NCBI GenBank assembly: GCA_965207885.1
Contig: OZ242311.1
Coordinates: 3,520,001 to 3,584,000, forward strand
Reading direction: 5' to 3'
Source of the DNA: Candidatus Latescibacterota bacterium
Lineage (GTDB): Bacteria; Latescibacterota; UBA2968
DNA length: 64,000 nucleotides
Made by a program: the position numbers and the translations under genes. Positions within the stretch are counted from its first letter, which is position 1, and each line of letters starts with the position of its first letter. This document shows positions 46,939-57,230 of the stretch, piece after piece. Below the pieces are notes generated by a model. The model was not told where the DNA came from and did not search any database. It saw only the letters and a program-made list of their open reading frames with translations.

Positions 46939-49383
46939 TCAGAACAACAAGACCGATACCGACTTCTGGATCATGGCAATGGACACAGACGCCATTCCCA
47001 CAAGTGCCATGCCCACGGAAAAGCCCACCGCCAATACTGTCGCGTAAAGGCGCCATTGTTTCTTGCCAAAACGACTCCAAAAATAGTAGCGGGCAATTAA
47101 CGCGCCAATGATCTGAGTGATCATCGTATGCGGAATATTGGTCAAACTTTGCACATATCCAAAGATCAGCAAAATGGGCAACCCAAATATGGACAAAATA
47201 ACAAAGAATACAAGTCCAACGGCAAATCCTGTACCAATAACCCAGGGTTTCAGAGCCTCAAACAAAATGGGCTGATCATCTGACGACTGCAAAAATGCCC
47301 CGTCAAAAGAAGGCACCTGATCGATCTCGTATTGATAGAACAACTCGCGGTCCTGCGGATCCATCGCCCTGGAAATGATCATTTCTGGATTTGGCGTATT
47401 CAGATGCGCGCCATCATCCGCACTGCGTATTTCCGGTGCAGAAGGCAACCCCTGAGCCAGAGCATCGGAAATATCGGGAGGAGCGCGACTCAAAGTTGCG
47501 GGCGGGTATGGCGGAGGCTGTGCCTCATCAAAATTGGTGAAAAAATAAGCAGTACTCGACCACGGGCTATACCTGCGCTCTTCAATGGGTACACTATCCG
47601 GATCATCGGGCGTTGCCCGCACCCGCCAGTACCACCATGCATTATTCGACAAATTGGCCGGAGTCCACGTTACAGTACCCTCTTGTGAATAGTCAACTTC
47701 GCCGCGCATAGTACTGGTAATCCACACACATCTCTGAAGGGCGCGCAACGGCCAGAACAATTGCACGTAAGGATATGCATCGGACGGAATGGGCGCGAGT
47801 TTCCAAATATAGGACCAGTACATAAAACTGGTCAGAAAAACCAGCGGCACCATAAAAATTTCGGCTCTCAGAATGCTCCTGAAGCTGGTACCCGTCAACT
47901 CAATCTCTCGGAAACGCTGCGCCGCTGCGCCGTAGTTATCCAGGCCAAAATCCACAAACCAGATATGAATGCCTCTGAATCCGCTCAGGAAAATAGTAGC
48001 TTCTTTAATGTATGGGATACTCACATTTTGCCCCACCATACCGTCTAAGCGGGCATTGACAAATGAAATGAGAGGCGTATATACAAATGCAAAAATGAAG
48101 AAAAACACCAACAAGGTGGTAGTCACCAACTGCGGAAACAAAATTTTTGATATAACAATGGTGTACAAGCTCGCCAGGCAAAATAATACCACGCAGAACC
48201 AAATTTTAAAATCGCCTCGCCCGGGCGGCGTCTCCCACGATCCCTTCTCGGTCTTTTCAATCCGCGCGGTTCGCACCCCCCGCCACACCTGATAAAACCC
48301 AATGACAGTAATGGCAAATGTAATGCCAATGCCAAAGCTCATCCAGAAATCAATACCCGTCACAAAGTGAGTCTGGATCGTGTCCATCCCCATAAACCAG
48401 TGGGGCATATATCCATGCTTGTGTAAAAGTGGACTTGCAATTGTATGGATGACCACCCCGACAAAGGACCCTATCACCGCCCAGAAGGGAGCGAGAAAAC
48501 CCGTAAAAATGGGGCCCAGGTGCAGGGTGAAACCCAGAGGTGTCGCGGGTAAAAAATATCCCGTATATTGAGTGAAATCGACCCAGGGAATTGGAATAAG
48601 CTGTACAGGCTGTTCCATAAACGCACCCGTAATAGCCGGCACAGCTACATAAACCATCCCCCACACCACGCCGATCACAGCGCCAATAGAAAACATGCGC
48701 CAGCGCCACGTAATATCTCCACTGCTCTCTTCTGCCAATGCCATGGCTCCATGCGCGTTGATGGGTGCAAACGGAAATGGCAGATTCTCGTAATCGGACG
48801 TGATTCGGAATAACACATAGCTGGCGGTAAACCAGGCAATGCGCCCCATAATCGTGCCCATTACCAGGAACGCAATGGGCCAAAACCAATCGGCGTGTAA
48901 AAACGTGCGCTCGATCAGCGCCTCGGAATTTGCAGGAGGTGCCCACCACCACAGCTCACTCAATGACTTTTGTATGCCAAATTGCACGGCTGCGGGCGAC
49001 TGCACAAAATACTGATGCCACAACAGACCTTCAAACGCATTGGACTCCCGATTGACCAGCGAACTCGTCACATAATACAACAGATAGACTTCTTGTCGCT
49101 TGAGTATGGTAAACGAGCGCTTTGCCAGTTCGATGAACAAAATAATCGTGACCCACTGCGCCGCTGCACCGATCGAGCCACCGATCATCAGATCCAGATA
49201 AATATTGCCGGGCACCATCACAATCGACACAAATAACGCACCCACAATGGTTTTGCTATTGAACCCATCGACAAATTCGTCTGGCTCGTCAAGCAGATCG
49301 CGATACTCTTCAATCTCTTCAAACTGCGTATTTTTCTTTGGTTCTTTGTCTTTGTTGCGTCTTAAAAGATTGCCTAAAAGCAT
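46939..49383 (-). CDS. OPT-like polytopic membrane protein with an inserted Ig/FN3-like domain
   Basis: Many TM helices, LKRQE and ExLPFP motifs, and a soluble insert containing WYWRVRA and DPxxxxLxYxYEID. Confidence 0.6.
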   Translation of the reverse strand: MLLGNLLRRNKDKEPKKNTQFEEIEEYRDLLDEPDEFVDGFNSKTIVGALFVSIVMVPGNIYLDLMIGGSIGAAAQWVTIILFIELAKRSFTILKRQEVYLLYYVTSSLVNRESNAFEGLLWHQYFVQSPAAVQFGIQKSLSELWWWAPPANSEALIERTFLHADWFWPIAFLVMGTIMGRIAWFTASYVLFRITSDYENLPFPFAPINAHGAMALAEESSGDITWRWRMFSIGAVIGVVWGMVYVAVPAITGAFMEQPVQLIPIPWVDFTQYTGYFLPATPLGFTLHLGPIFTGFLAPFWAVIGSFVGVVIHTIASPLLHKHGYMPHWFMGMDTIQTHFVTGIDFWMSFGIGITFAITVIGFYQVWRGVRTARIEKTEKGSWETPPGRGDFKIWFCVVLFCLASLYTIVISKILFPQLVTTTLLVFFFIFAFVYTPLISFVNARLDGMVGQNVSIPYIKEATIFLSGFRGIHIWFVDFGLDNYGAAAQRFREIELTGTSFRSILRAEIFMVPLVFLTSFMYWSYIWKLAPIPSDAYPYVQLFWPLRALQRCVWITSTMRGEVDYSQEGTVTWTPANLSNNAWWYWRVRATPDDPDSVPIEERRYSPWSSTAYFFTNFDEAQPPPYPPATLSRAPPDISDALAQGLPSAPEIRSADDGAHLNTPNPEMIISRAMDPQDRELFYQYEIDQVPSFDGAFLQSSDDQPILFEALKPWVIGTGFAVGLVFFVILSIFGLPILLIFGYVQSLTNIPHTMITQIIGALIARYYFWSRFGKKQWRLYATVLAVGFSVGMALVGMASVSIAMIQKSVSVLLF

Positions 49384-49404
49384 AGATTGTCCCGTGTCGT
49401 GATA

Positions 49405-52400
49405 CTATCCGCTGACCGTTGCCTTGGAGGCAGAGAGCAATTCCCGCCCTTTTTCCGTGTATTTGACGCGATTGGTCGGATCAACTGTTCGCCAGATCAA
49501 AAATTGTTTGCGAAGCGCGTTCATAAAGCCTTGATTGACCCGCCGCCACGATGCCGCATCGCCCGAAAGTCGGTCTATTGTCAGGGTCATCGCAAAAATA
49601 TTGTGCTCACCCATGGGCACGGCTTCAAAATGCACCTGTTGACTCACGCCCAAATCATAAGGTGCCAACCATATCGTCGTATCAATCGTATATCCCGCGC
49701 CGGTTGCTGCTTCAACCGAACCAAAACGCGCGCCATCTGTATAAAACGCGCCCATGGACTCACCCACATGCGACTCGAAATAATCGACCAGAAATACCGA
49801 CAGCCCAAACACATCCTTGCCACCCACGGTAAATGGAAACTCAAAATGCCAGTGATCACCTTCTGGATCGGGCAATTTCCAGCGGCGCGTCACATCGGGC
49901 ACAGCCATAAGTGACGCCTGACGCGCGGGATAGAGCGACGAAATCAAAACCACCACGATCACCAGCACCGAAGAAATCACCGTTGACAATGCCGAATAAT
50001 TCACATTAAGCCCTTGCAACCACCCCTGCCACAACAAAACTTTAATCACCCCTTGACCGAGCAAATACCCCGATACAGTCCCCAACACGGCATAAACACA
50101 CGCCTCGGCAATAAACAAAAAAGAGATGTGTACAGGTGCCAATCCCACAGAAGAATAAATGCCGATCTCGCGGAAACGCTCGTACACCGATCCCATCATC
50201 GTATTCAGCACAATTAGCGCAGCCACCAGAATGGGAACGAACAAATTGGCCAAGCCGGGCAATGGCCCCCATCCCATCGAACTGTAAATTGACACCTGGA
50301 TTTTGCCATCTGCCATTGGAATGCCCGCAAACACCACCACCGACAACCGCGACACATATTCTTTGACCTGTTCTTCGACATCTACGCCCTCGTGCAAACG
50401 AATCGCCACAGATTGCAGTGGGCTACCCACTTCGCGCAATATATTATAGGGAATAATGGCAATATCGTCGGGGTCAATATGCTCGAATGGCATGTTCTCG
50501 AGCTGAGGTTGTTCCAGACCCTGTTTTTCGCGAGTCTCCTGCTGGGTCAGCCGGGAGACGATCTCATCATCCGTCAGTTTAAAATCCGCCGGACTCAAAA
50601 TTTCGCCGTCCAGGTCCGGATGATTGCGCATTTTTTCCGCGTCAATCAATCCCACAACTTTCAACTGTTTGCCAAATAATCGCACGCTCTTTTTGCCAAC
50701 ATCTTCAGGCTCTACCTTGAGTAATTCGGCTATTTTGCCGGGCAAAATACACGCGATCTCACCCTCTTTAAACCACCGCCCATGGCTCAACAAAGTATCG
50801 ATCCTCGTGACCGCGGGTTCATTGACCGATAGTCCCAATATCCCCAGCACTTTGGTCGCTTTTTCCGGCGTTTCAATCGGCGTCTTTTTCAAGTCTCGAG
50901 TCACATACCAGCTGCGCGGCGCAATCTCACCCTGATCAAAAAAATTAATGCGGGCATAATCATAAGCCGTATCCTCCAGCGGTCCCCAAAACTGGCTGCG
51001 GATCAACAGCCCCGGATACTTACCTTCGGTATCCAGCAGAATTTGATAAAAATCGAGCGTTGTCTTAATCGACGTAAAGGACAATACGGTAAACGTCAAC
51101 AAGACCAGCGTGGCAAACGTCAGGCCAGTGCGCATTTTGCGCTTTTTCATGTTGGCAATGCCCAACTGAAATGCCGCTACCGAAGCACTTATCCGCCCCA
51201 CATCCGTATCGTGCAACAACACCTCTTCTGTACGCAGTTGCCGAATATTGTCGTGAAACCGCCCCGACACAATGGCAATCACAAAAATCGCCAGTGCCAA
51301 AATCACAAAAGCCAGCAAAATCACAAACGGATTGGAAAGATCAAAAGCGGGATGCACCTGCGAAAGCACGATCCAGATCACCATAAAAGCCGCACCAAAG
51401 CCGCCGATTTGTAGGCGAATATCGGAAAAAGTAAAAATCAACCGCTCGACAAAAAACGCGCACGGAATGACCAGTATCATAAAGAAAATCACGCCTCGAA
51501 TCACATCGTTTTGCGTTGCTTTCACGTCTGGATAGGCGCGCGATTCGAGGCCCATGCCCGCACGCGTGTGTTTGACAAACAAATCCCATTTCTTGTCTTG
51601 CATCGACTCTTCGGCCAGATCCAGATGGTATTTGGCCTGCTCGTGCAAATTGGTCATCCGCTGGTTTTCAATCGAATACTTCGCCAATTCGCGTATTCGC
51701 GCCTCATTCAGCGTCCACATATCTTTTGCGGCCTGGAACGAAGAGTGAATAAACGACCCGTGTTGCAAAGTCTGAAACCCATCGCCGCGCGCGACTTCCA
51801 CGCTTTCCGCGCTTTTTGAATTCAGCAACATATAGCGCACGCCTATATCCAGTGACCTGCCCCCCAACCGCATCACAATTTTGACCCGTTCGCCCGGCGT
51901 TGTAAAAATGGTTCCCACCGGTTCTTCTGGACCAAAGCCAATGGCATAGCCGTATTCCTGCGGCGCAGTATTGCCGGGACCGAGTACGCTGATGCTCGAC
52001 AATTTGGATAAATAACGGGGATCGACTGTATCGTAAAAATCCGTTGCAATACACGGGAACAAAATCCGCGTGCGCTTGGATATCCACCAATCCATATTAA
52101 ACTCACCCCGGTATATGCGCGCCTGACGACCGTGATTTGGCGCGTACGTAATTTCACCGCTTTCTGGATCCATATAAAAAGCCTTCACATCTACGCGGCG
52201 TTCGGCAATGCCCGGCATGTAAAATTCGCCATTTTCGTCGGCAATATCGTAGTAGATGCGGCGCACGCCTTTGATCGATTTGTCAACGCCCATTCGCAGC
52301 GAAGCCACGGCACCGGGACGGGGGCGATCAGGGATAATGCTCCGTCGGGGAAATGTGCGCACAAAACCCTGTAAACCGCGCATGCGATCGTCGGGATCCA

Positions 52401-53928
52401 GCTTGTAATCGGGCAAAAAATCCTCGGAATTTAACCCGAGATCAAGCACACCGGCAAGCAGGCGTATCTGTCCGGTGAGATTTTTGAAATTTACATGTTC
52501 GGATTTATCCAGTGGGGTATCTACTCTGAAACGCGCATCGTTGACCGTAATGAGCGACAGTGCCGGTGTACCCGCTTCCAAAACGACCTCGCCATCTGTT
52601 TTCAGGATTTTCCCCGGAATATACATATCCCAGTTCATGCCGCCTTTTGGATTGATTCCATCGATGAGGGCATCGGCTGGGTCCAGGTCAAATCGCTCGG
52701 CTATGGCCTCTGAATAATGTATAAACGACTTGCCAAATGGCGTAAAAAAACGCTTGTAATAATAATTGCGCGTGCTGTTCCAAACCCCGATTTCATCTGT
52801 CTGACTCGTCAAATCCAGAGAAATCAACAGCGGCAACTCGAGGGGTTCGGTCATCAATGCGGCAAAATGCTTTTCCTTGCGCGAATGCCTGCTCAAAAAA
52901 TCGCAAATGCCCCTGAAGCCGAGATGATGCGCGGAAGAGGCGAGAAACAAAAGCGTGTGTTTGGGCGGGTACTTGCTAAAATATTCGACCAACTTCATCA
53001 TGCCCACAATCCCACACGCCATCTCTGCGCCTGGCGCACGCGCGGGCACCACCGACATCGCATCGTAATACGTATTGATCACCACAATTTTTTCGCTCAA
53101 TACGGGATCGGTTCCGCGAATCCAGCCCAAAATATTCCGCGTCTCTTTCTTTTCCCAATCCATTCGCGCCTTCAAAGTGACATTGACCTCATCCTTTTGC
53201 GCGAGCAAAGCTTTGAGCTTTTCGCCGCTTTTCTTATCGATCCAAAAACGCTCTACACTATTGGGCACCTGCAAAAATTTGGTCTCTGACTGCGCGGTAA
53301 ATGTGGAATCGGGTTCAACAAATATTATCTGCTGCGCGCCGAGCATGGCAGCATTGAGCCAGTTGTTCCACGAATTAAATTCCATCAACACCACCGCACC
53401 CTCTACATCGCGCCCATTAAATTCCGATACATCGCCATCGCCACCCCACAAGAGATGTCCCTGCACGCCACTCGTGGGCAAAGTGGTCGTCTTGACCAGA
53501 TTGGGCCACAAACCGTGAATGGTAAAAACCTCACCGGTGTCTTCTACCGTCAGAGTTCCACCATGGTCTATGGGCACGGCCACATCATAGGTCTCGGCTT
53601 CCACGTCTTCCATGCCAAAACGCCGAAATTCAGAAATGATAAAATCCGCGGTTTTTTCGTGCCCCTCATACCCCACTACGCGCGATTCGTGTTGCGTAAA
53701 CTGGTCCATCAACGTGCGAATCCCATCTTCGCGCACAGCATCCAGAACCCGTGTGCCCACTTCTTCTGCACGCGGAACGGGTACAGGAGGAACCTCGCTG
53801 GGCATTTCCAATCCCAACAAAGCAGCTATATGAGGATTTACGCGATAGGGACCGGCAATCAGGAGCGCGGTAATAAAAATCCCCAAGCCAATGAGGCTCA
53901 ATGCGATGAGCTTGTAATATTTATCCAT
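49405..53928 (-). CDS. Large PA/M28-peptidase-like + FtsX/MacB permease fusion
   Basis: SRVVGYEG, NILGWIxG, YYD...PGA in the N-half; ERFREIGIYSSVG (FtsX/MacB) in the C-half. Confidence 0.75.
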   Translation of the reverse strand: MDKYYKLIALSLIGLGIFITALLIAGPYRVNPHIAALLGLEMPSEVPPVPVPRAEEVGTRVLDAVREDGIRTLMDQFTQHESRVVGYEGHEKTADFIISEFRRFGMEDVEAETYDVAVPIDHGGTLTVEDTGEVFTIHGLWPNLVKTTTLPTSGVQGHLLWGGDGDVSEFNGRDVEGAVVLMEFNSWNNWLNAAMLGAQQIIFVEPDSTFTAQSETKFLQVPNSVERFWIDKKSGEKLKALLAQKDEVNVTLKARMDWEKKETRNILGWIRGTDPVLSEKIVVINTYYDAMSVVPARAPGAEMACGIVGMMKLVEYFSKYPPKHTLLFLASSAHHLGFRGICDFLSRHSRKEKHFAALMTEPLELPLLISLDLTSQTDEIGVWNSTRNYYYKRFFTPFGKSFIHYSEAIAERFDLDPADALIDGINPKGGMNWDMYIPGKILKTDGEVVLEAGTPALSLITVNDARFRVDTPLDKSEHVNFKNLTGQIRLLAGVLDLGLNSEDFLPDYKLDPDDRMRGLQGFVRTFPRRSIIPDRPRPGAVASLRMGVDKSIKGVRRIYYDIADENGEFYMPGIAERRVDVKAFYMDPESGEITYAPNHGRQARIYRGEFNMDWWISKRTRILFPCIATDFYDTVDPRYLSKLSSISVLGPGNTAPQEYGYAIGFGPEEPVGTIFTTPGERVKIVMRLGGRSLDIGVRYMLLNSKSAESVEVARGDGFQTLQHGSFIHSSFQAAKDMWTLNEARIRELAKYSIENQRMTNLHEQAKYHLDLAEESMQDKKWDLFVKHTRAGMGLESRAYPDVKATQNDVIRGVIFFMILVIPCAFFVERLIFTFSDIRLQIGGFGAAFMVIWIVLSQVHPAFDLSNPFVILLAFVILALAIFVIAIVSGRFHDNIRQLRTEEVLLHDTDVGRISASVAAFQLGIANMKKRKMRTGLTFATLVLLTFTVLSFTSIKTTLDFYQILLDTEGKYPGLLIRSQFWGPLEDTAYDYARINFFDQGEIAPRSWYVTRDLKKTPIETPEKATKVLGILGLSVNEPAVTRIDTLLSHGRWFKEGEIACILPGKIAELLKVEPEDVGKKSVRLFGKQLKVVGLIDAEKMRNHPDLDGEILSPADFKLTDDEIVSRLTQQETREKQGLEQPQLENMPFEHIDPDDIAIIPYNILREVGSPLQSVAIRLHEGVDVEEQVKEYVSRLSVVVFAGIPMADGKIQVSIYSSMGWGPLPGLANLFVPILVAALIVLNTMMGSVYERFREIGIYSSVGLAPVHISFLFIAEACVYAVLGTVSGYLLGQGVIKVLLWQGWLQGLNVNYSALSTVISSVLVIVVVLISSLYPARQASLMAVPDVTRRWKLPDPEGDHWHFEFPFTVGGKDVFGLSVFLVDYFESHVGESMGAFYTDGARFGSVEAATGAGYTIDTTIWLAPYDLGVSQQVHFEAVPMGEHNIFAMTLTIDRLSGDAASWRRVNQGFMNALRKQFLIWRTVDPTNRVKYTEKGRELLSASKATVSG

Positions 53929-55912
53929 AGCGATGTACCCAATGTCCGCGTTCTGGGAACCAGATGATGTCAATGCCTACTGACAAAGTCACACCGAGAA
54001 TATATCCGACGAGCAGACCGATGAACAGGGGCCTCGATTTGCGATAAACCGTTGGCCCCCCCACTTTTATGATGACAAACTTAATCAACCATGCAAGAAA
54101 AGTTGTAAAGCTGGTGCGCCGGACCAGATAAGAACCCGAAATCGCCAGCCCCACGGGATGCAGCGGCCACCACGCAAAGCGATAGCGCATATAGATCAAC
54201 CCGGCCATCAGCAGACCGCCAATGCCAAAAAATACCGCTTGTTCGGGATGTTCCTCGTAAAACGGTGGCTCGTCGGGTTTTTTAATTACATTAACTGTAC
54301 CCTGGAAATGGCGTTCGGCTGCCCGCGTAATCTCCCAACTGTTGAAATTATAAGCCCCTTGATCGTAACCCAACCACACGGTGAACAACATATTAAACAG
54401 CAAACTGACCATAAACACCAGCCCAATAGCCCCCATCAGCAGCCGCCGCTGATTGCCGGGAACGCCTTCGGAGACGCGCCCTGCATGGGCCAGCGCGGGC
54501 AAAAACAACCCCTTAAAATGCCCGGTAATCAAACCCGAATAGCGGTAAGCGACATGGGTAGCAAGCGGGATATTGCGCCGTCCAAAAAACGGTGCAACCA
54601 TACTCCAGGCACCTATGGGTGTATTGGTAAATGGCATGCCAGTATCGGCCAGGATCTTCGCCATACCCGTATAGACAAAAATCACTGCGAGAAGGAGTAA
54701 AAATCCTTGCAGCGGATCGAAATTCATCTGCGTCAGCCAGACAAACAGATATACCAGGCTGCATAGCAGGCCAATACAAGCGGCGCGATAAGACATCAAT
54801 TCATTGGAGTCATCCACCGTTGAATCTCTCCCAAGTGCCTTCATCAACACATCTCGCAAATGTCTTCTCGCAACCCAGAACGTCGAACACACAAAAACAA
54901 TAAATGCCCCTGCAATCTGCCAGTAATACACCCCCGTGCGATAATAAGGGGTGATGGCTCTATAGCCCCACTTATTGAGCTGACCGCCCTCAAAGATAAA
55001 CAACAAATCAAAAAACCAGATTGAAAACAGAACATCCAGGCTGGCAAAATAAGAAAAAAGTATGGTAAAAATGCCAAAGTATCCCCTGATAGGCGGCCAT
55101 TGCCAATCAATCCAGTACCACCGCGATCGGTAAATGGGAAAACGCGGAAAGCCCGGTACAAAGTAATTGATACAATTCCAGGCCAGCACGCCAAAAGCAA
55201 TGGCAAATCCGATCCAGAACAAGCGGTTGCGCGTAAACTCGGGCAACCATCCCTCGCCATCGCCCGGTTTAGAAACTATATCGATCAACGGCGCCATCGC
55301 GGGAAAAACCAAACGTTCGTTTTGCACCCACTGCTTTCTCAAAATAGTGGCGACACACGCCAGCATCAAAAAAGCCGCCGCCACAACCGTCGTCCACCAG
55401 AACAGGGGCAATACCCAAACGTCCCAGGGGATAGCAGCACCGCTCGGCAAGCCTTCGTAAAACCACGCAACGGCATTGCCCTCGGGACTCGGCAACAGCC
55501 AGTTGGGCAAAAGCGGATGCAAATGCTCAGCCCACTGATTTTCTTCCGTAGCAAAATAATAAGGCGCCGTGATATAGCCGATCAAATATCCCGTCAGGCC
55601 AAAACACGGCAGTGCCGCGCCCACGAGGCCCATCGCCAGAATCGCATGCCATTCGCCTGGTGAGAGCGCCCAGCCGGTCATTTTGGCAACAATGGCGAGT
55701 CCGATCATCAGGATCATCAGCACGATCAGCATGGCCATTGGGATGTGGCTATACGTCATCAGCGGAGCGTGCAAGATGTAGCGCACACAAATAGCCAGCA
55801 GATCGAGAGCAATGACGAGAAATACGCCCAATCCCACAGCGCGCAATGTTACCGCGGGTTGTGAACTCGCATCATCTGATTCCGTCTGAATATTTTGTGT
55901 ATCAAGAGCCAT
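53921..55912 (-). CDS. Polytopic membrane protein (DUF6785/DUF6784-like, OPT-related)
   Basis: TLRAVxLG, RKQWxxxERLxFP, WWPLHPVG and KxGG motifs; overlaps the next gene by 8 nt. Confidence 0.65.
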   Translation of the reverse strand: MALDTQNIQTESDDASSQPAVTLRAVGLGVFLVIALDLLAICVRYILHAPLMTYSHIPMAMLIVLMILMIGLAIVAKMTGWALSPGEWHAILAMGLVGAALPCFGLTGYLIGYITAPYYFATEENQWAEHLHPLLPNWLLPSPEGNAVAWFYEGLPSGAAIPWDVWVLPLFWWTTVVAAAFLMLACVATILRKQWVQNERLVFPAMAPLIDIVSKPGDGEGWLPEFTRNRLFWIGFAIAFGVLAWNCINYFVPGFPRFPIYRSRWYWIDWQWPPIRGYFGIFTILFSYFASLDVLFSIWFFDLLFIFEGGQLNKWGYRAITPYYRTGVYYWQIAGAFIVFVCSTFWVARRHLRDVLMKALGRDSTVDDSNELMSYRAACIGLLCSLVYLFVWLTQMNFDPLQGFLLLLAVIFVYTGMAKILADTGMPFTNTPIGAWSMVAPFFGRRNIPLATHVAYRYSGLITGHFKGLFLPALAHAGRVSEGVPGNQRRLLMGAIGLVFMVSLLFNMLFTVWLGYDQGAYNFNSWEITRAAERHFQGTVNVIKKPDEPPFYEEHPEQAVFFGIGGLLMAGLIYMRYRFAWWPLHPVGLAISGSYLVRRTSFTTFLAWLIKFVIIKVGGPTVYRKSRPLFIGLLVGYILGVTLSVGIDIIWFPERGHWVHRYG

Positions 55913-56072
55913 TGGCGCGATTTTTGTGATATGAAGTAAAATTCCTTAGAAAATGTGCGGGAATAATTAACCCCCGCCCCTTGCATTTGTCAAATGGTTT
56001 ATCTGTTTATAATTGTAAGCCTGCATATAGCGCAACATCGCTTCTGTTTGCGAAAAAACGTACGCAAGAACC

Positions 56073-56101
56073 TTGACACCAATCAGCCGTTTTGTTAAAT
56101 T
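56073..56101 (+). promoter_or_regulatory. tRNA promoter
   Basis: TTGACA-N17-TAAATT. Confidence 0.65.
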
Positions 56102-56126
56102 TTTCAATCTTATCGGGAAAGATGAT

Positions 56127-56202
<76 letters not shown>

Positions 56203-56253
56203 TTTTTTAGTTGACCATACACAGACGTAGATTTTCTCGTACAAGTTCCAATT

Positions 56254-56291
56254 AAAAAAGGGTGTGAACTTATAGAGTTCACACCCTTTTT
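56254..56291. terminator. Bidirectional terminator
   Basis: AAAAAAGGGTGTGAACT-TATAG-AGTTCACACCCTTTTT. Confidence 0.85.
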
Positions 56292-56313
56292 GTTTTTGGT
56301 AAAAAAATTGAAG

Positions 56314-57105
56314 CTATAAACTCTGAGCAACCCGAAACCCCACATAAAGGCTCCCGGCAAAAGTCCTGTGTCGGTCGCGAGCAGCCGAGCGAAGGAAATA
56401 TCCTTCCAGGTACCATGCACCGCCGCGCACCACGCGCGCAGTAGAGTCGCCGACCTCCCACGCAGACCCGTCATTGGGTGCCCCCACATATCTATTATTA
56501 TACCGATCCTGAGTCCACTCCCACACATTGCCGTGCATGTCGTGAAGCCCCCAACTGTTGGCCTCGAACGATCCCACAGGTGCTGACATCTCATTATCCC
56601 ACTGACTGCCGCACCCATTGCAATTGGCGCGGTTGTGGCCGAGATTATTCCCCCAGCTATACCTCGTCGCTGTTCCCGCGCGCGCCGCATACTCCCACTC
56701 TGCCTCACTTGGCAAACGATAGTTTTTCCCCGTCTGTTCCGATAACCAGGCTGTGTACGCCACCGCATCATCCCATGTGACATTGATCACGGGACGCCGT
56801 CCTCGACCAAAACCCCTGCCATCTGCCCGCTCGCGCCCCGTCGCATCCGTGAAGACATCGTATTCCTCAAACGTCACCTCGTACTTCGACAGCGCGAACG
56901 ATGCAAGCGTCACCTCATGCACCGGCCTCTCGGCATTGGTGCAACTTCTCCCCGACACGCACCCCATCTTAAAACGCCCCGCGGGAATCACCACCATCTC
57001 CGGCGGCTTAAAAGAAGCCCCTTCCTCCTGTGAAACCTGAGCGGATGTATCCGTGAAAAACCCCAACAAAAATAGAACGGAAAAGCTACTGATGATTCCC
57101 CGCAT
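56314..57105 (-). CDS. Secreted SUMF1/FGE-sulfatase domain protein
   Basis: Signal peptide, RLPSEAEWEYAAR, DMHGNVWEW, RGGAW and GFR motifs. Confidence 0.88.
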   Translation of the reverse strand: MRGIISSFSVLFLLGFFTDTSAQVSQEEGASFKPPEMVVIPAGRFKMGCVSGRSCTNAERPVHEVTLASFALSKYEVTFEEYDVFTDATGRERADGRGFGRGRRPVINVTWDDAVAYTAWLSEQTGKNYRLPSEAEWEYAARAGTATRYSWGNNLGHNRANCNGCGSQWDNEMSAPVGSFEANSWGLHDMHGNVWEWTQDRYNNRYVGAPNDGSAWEVGDSTARVVRGGAWYLEGYFLRSAARDRHRTFAGSLYVGFRVAQSL

Positions 57106-57230
57106 GATATCTCTCCTGTCATTATTACTTAAATGCGCATCACATAGAAAATAAGACAACTTCTTATGGATGAGAAATATATTTTGCACCATATCATCCA
57201 TTCATCGCTCAAATATTAGATTTTCCAGTT

